The notes under the pieces: generated by a model
What the model was told of the DNA's origin: nothing
Database searches by the model: none
The model's input: the letters and a program-made list of their open reading frames with translations, nothing else
Shown: piece after piece, positions 62,656 to 64,000 of the stretch
Position numbering within the stretch: the first letter of the stretch is position 1
Layout of the letters: every line of letters starts with the position of its first letter
Origin: Lama guanicoe
Lineage: Eukaryota
Reading direction: 5' to 3'
DNA: 64,000 nt
NCBI GenBank assembly: GCA_013239625.1
Contig: MU054391.1
Location: 2,137,130 to 2,201,129 of the forward strand
Program-made: the position numbers and the translations under genes

Positions 62656-63946
62656 GTAAAGGCACGTGGGACGTACACGTTGTTTTAAACTCAGCCATGA
62701 AGCTCTTCAGAGAGAGAGAACTGTTATTTTGAAGAAAATAGGTTGGTTGCCTTGGTTTGTGGAAAAAGACCAGGGAGCAAGGACAAATAGTGCCGATAGT
62801 CAGGATTTGGGAGTTGGGGTAAATGGTGGTAAAGGAAGGGGCAAGGGGAAGGATGGTCCGATAAACAGCAGTGGGTTGGTAGACTGGGTCCGTGGGGAAA
62901 GCTGGCCGAGAGAAATTCCTGAGCTAAGTGTCCAAGAGAACTTCAAGGACAGAGCTTTGTAATACTCAGTTTTAAGTTCTTTTCAAGACAAGAGCACGTC
63001 TCTATCAAGATGCGTTTCTCTTTGCACGATGCCAAAAAGCATGGAATTGCAAACTCTGTTTGTCCTCCTCATCTATCTTCCTGAACATCCAGTACACACT
63101 GCTTGGGACACTCGGCTTTGTCCTGGTGGCATTTGGGAGAGGGAAGGGGTTTGGCAGCTCTCATTATGGAGCAAGGCAGCATGGCTAAAAACCAGCACCC
63201 GTGGGAGAGAAACTACAGGGGGGACTGAGTACTGCGGTGCTCGTGGCATCGACGTTCAGGCCAGCTCTGAGTCTGAAAGGTTAGGGGAGTCCAGCGGACA
63301 CCAACCACGTTTTTCTTATTCTCTTCTTACTCCTCTGCTTTCCCCTTTGAAACCCCACTGTGATGTCAACTCCTCTCACACCAGCGTCTGCGTGATGTTC
63401 TGTCCAGTGTTACCGGCTTTCACGTGTGGTCTCATCCCTGTCATAGGGCTCACTAACTTGCACTAGATGTCAAACAGACGTTCAGCTGTCACTCACTAAA
63501 TGAATCAGACAGTATGTTTTCTTTTTGAAAAATATTCAGATTCAAATACTTCTCATTTGTGGCACAGTTATACCTAGTAAATTAGAATTTTCTGGTACCT
63601 GAAGATCAAGTAACAACTCTTCTGTTTTCACTTTTGTTTTGGAATAAAAGATTCTAAAATATTTATATTGTATTTACCTGTCTTAATAATTACAGTATAG
63701 AAAGAAACAAGATTTGACTTACTCTGGATTTTTCCGTAAATTAGCATCTACTCTTTTATCATTATTTATGCCTAAAACTATGATCTCGGTCTCTACTGTT
63801 ACAGAAAATATGAAAAAGTGTTGATTGGATTTGTGTTTAGGCTAAGAGCCATTTGGGTAGTTTAAAAATTTTTTAATTAATTCGTAATATGGTCTTAAGT
63901 TTCTTTTACAAATACAGCACACGATTTTTTTGTAATTTCAAAATTG

Positions 63947-64000
63947 TAGAATAGATAAACAAGATTACACTGTATAGCACAGGGAAATATACACAAAATG
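63947..64000 (+). mobile_element. Young camelid-type L1 3' UTR (continues beyond the window)
   Basis: atagataaacaagattacactgtatagcacagggaaatatacacaa. Confidence 0.75.

Noticed and set aside
1..64000. CRISPR arrays, operons, tRNA/rRNA or prokaryotic defence systems
   Set aside because: The sequence is mammalian and repeat-laden. I saw no regularly spaced direct repeats, structured RNA genes or long genuine CDS.

Overview
This is mammalian non-coding genomic DNA with no supportable protein-coding exon. The young L1 3' ends look camelid (alpaca/camel-like), which is an inference; I saw no Alu, B1, Bov-tA/BovB or PRE-1 SINEs. The window is a mosaic of young and ancient L1, L2, MIR, MaLR/ERV LTRs and hAT DNA transposons, many of them visibly GC/CpG-shifted. 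Its centre is a CpG island (~19.3-20.3 kb) with five CRE half-sites and a minus-strand splice donor at 19801. The sequence just before that donor translates to KLRKEAC, which matches my unverified recollection of the C-terminus of the putative human LINC00473/C6orf176 ORF. This suggests the window is orthologous to the human 6q27 PDE10A-LINC00473-TBXT interval, with a non-primate LINC00473-like first exon. Two diverged copies of an ancient MER121-like element bracket the promoter. A dense T-box half-site cluster (~60.8 kb) and several other enhancer-like unique segments lie on the presumed TBXT-facing side. Repeat family names are by-eye calls from remembered consensus sequences, and boundaries are approximate.
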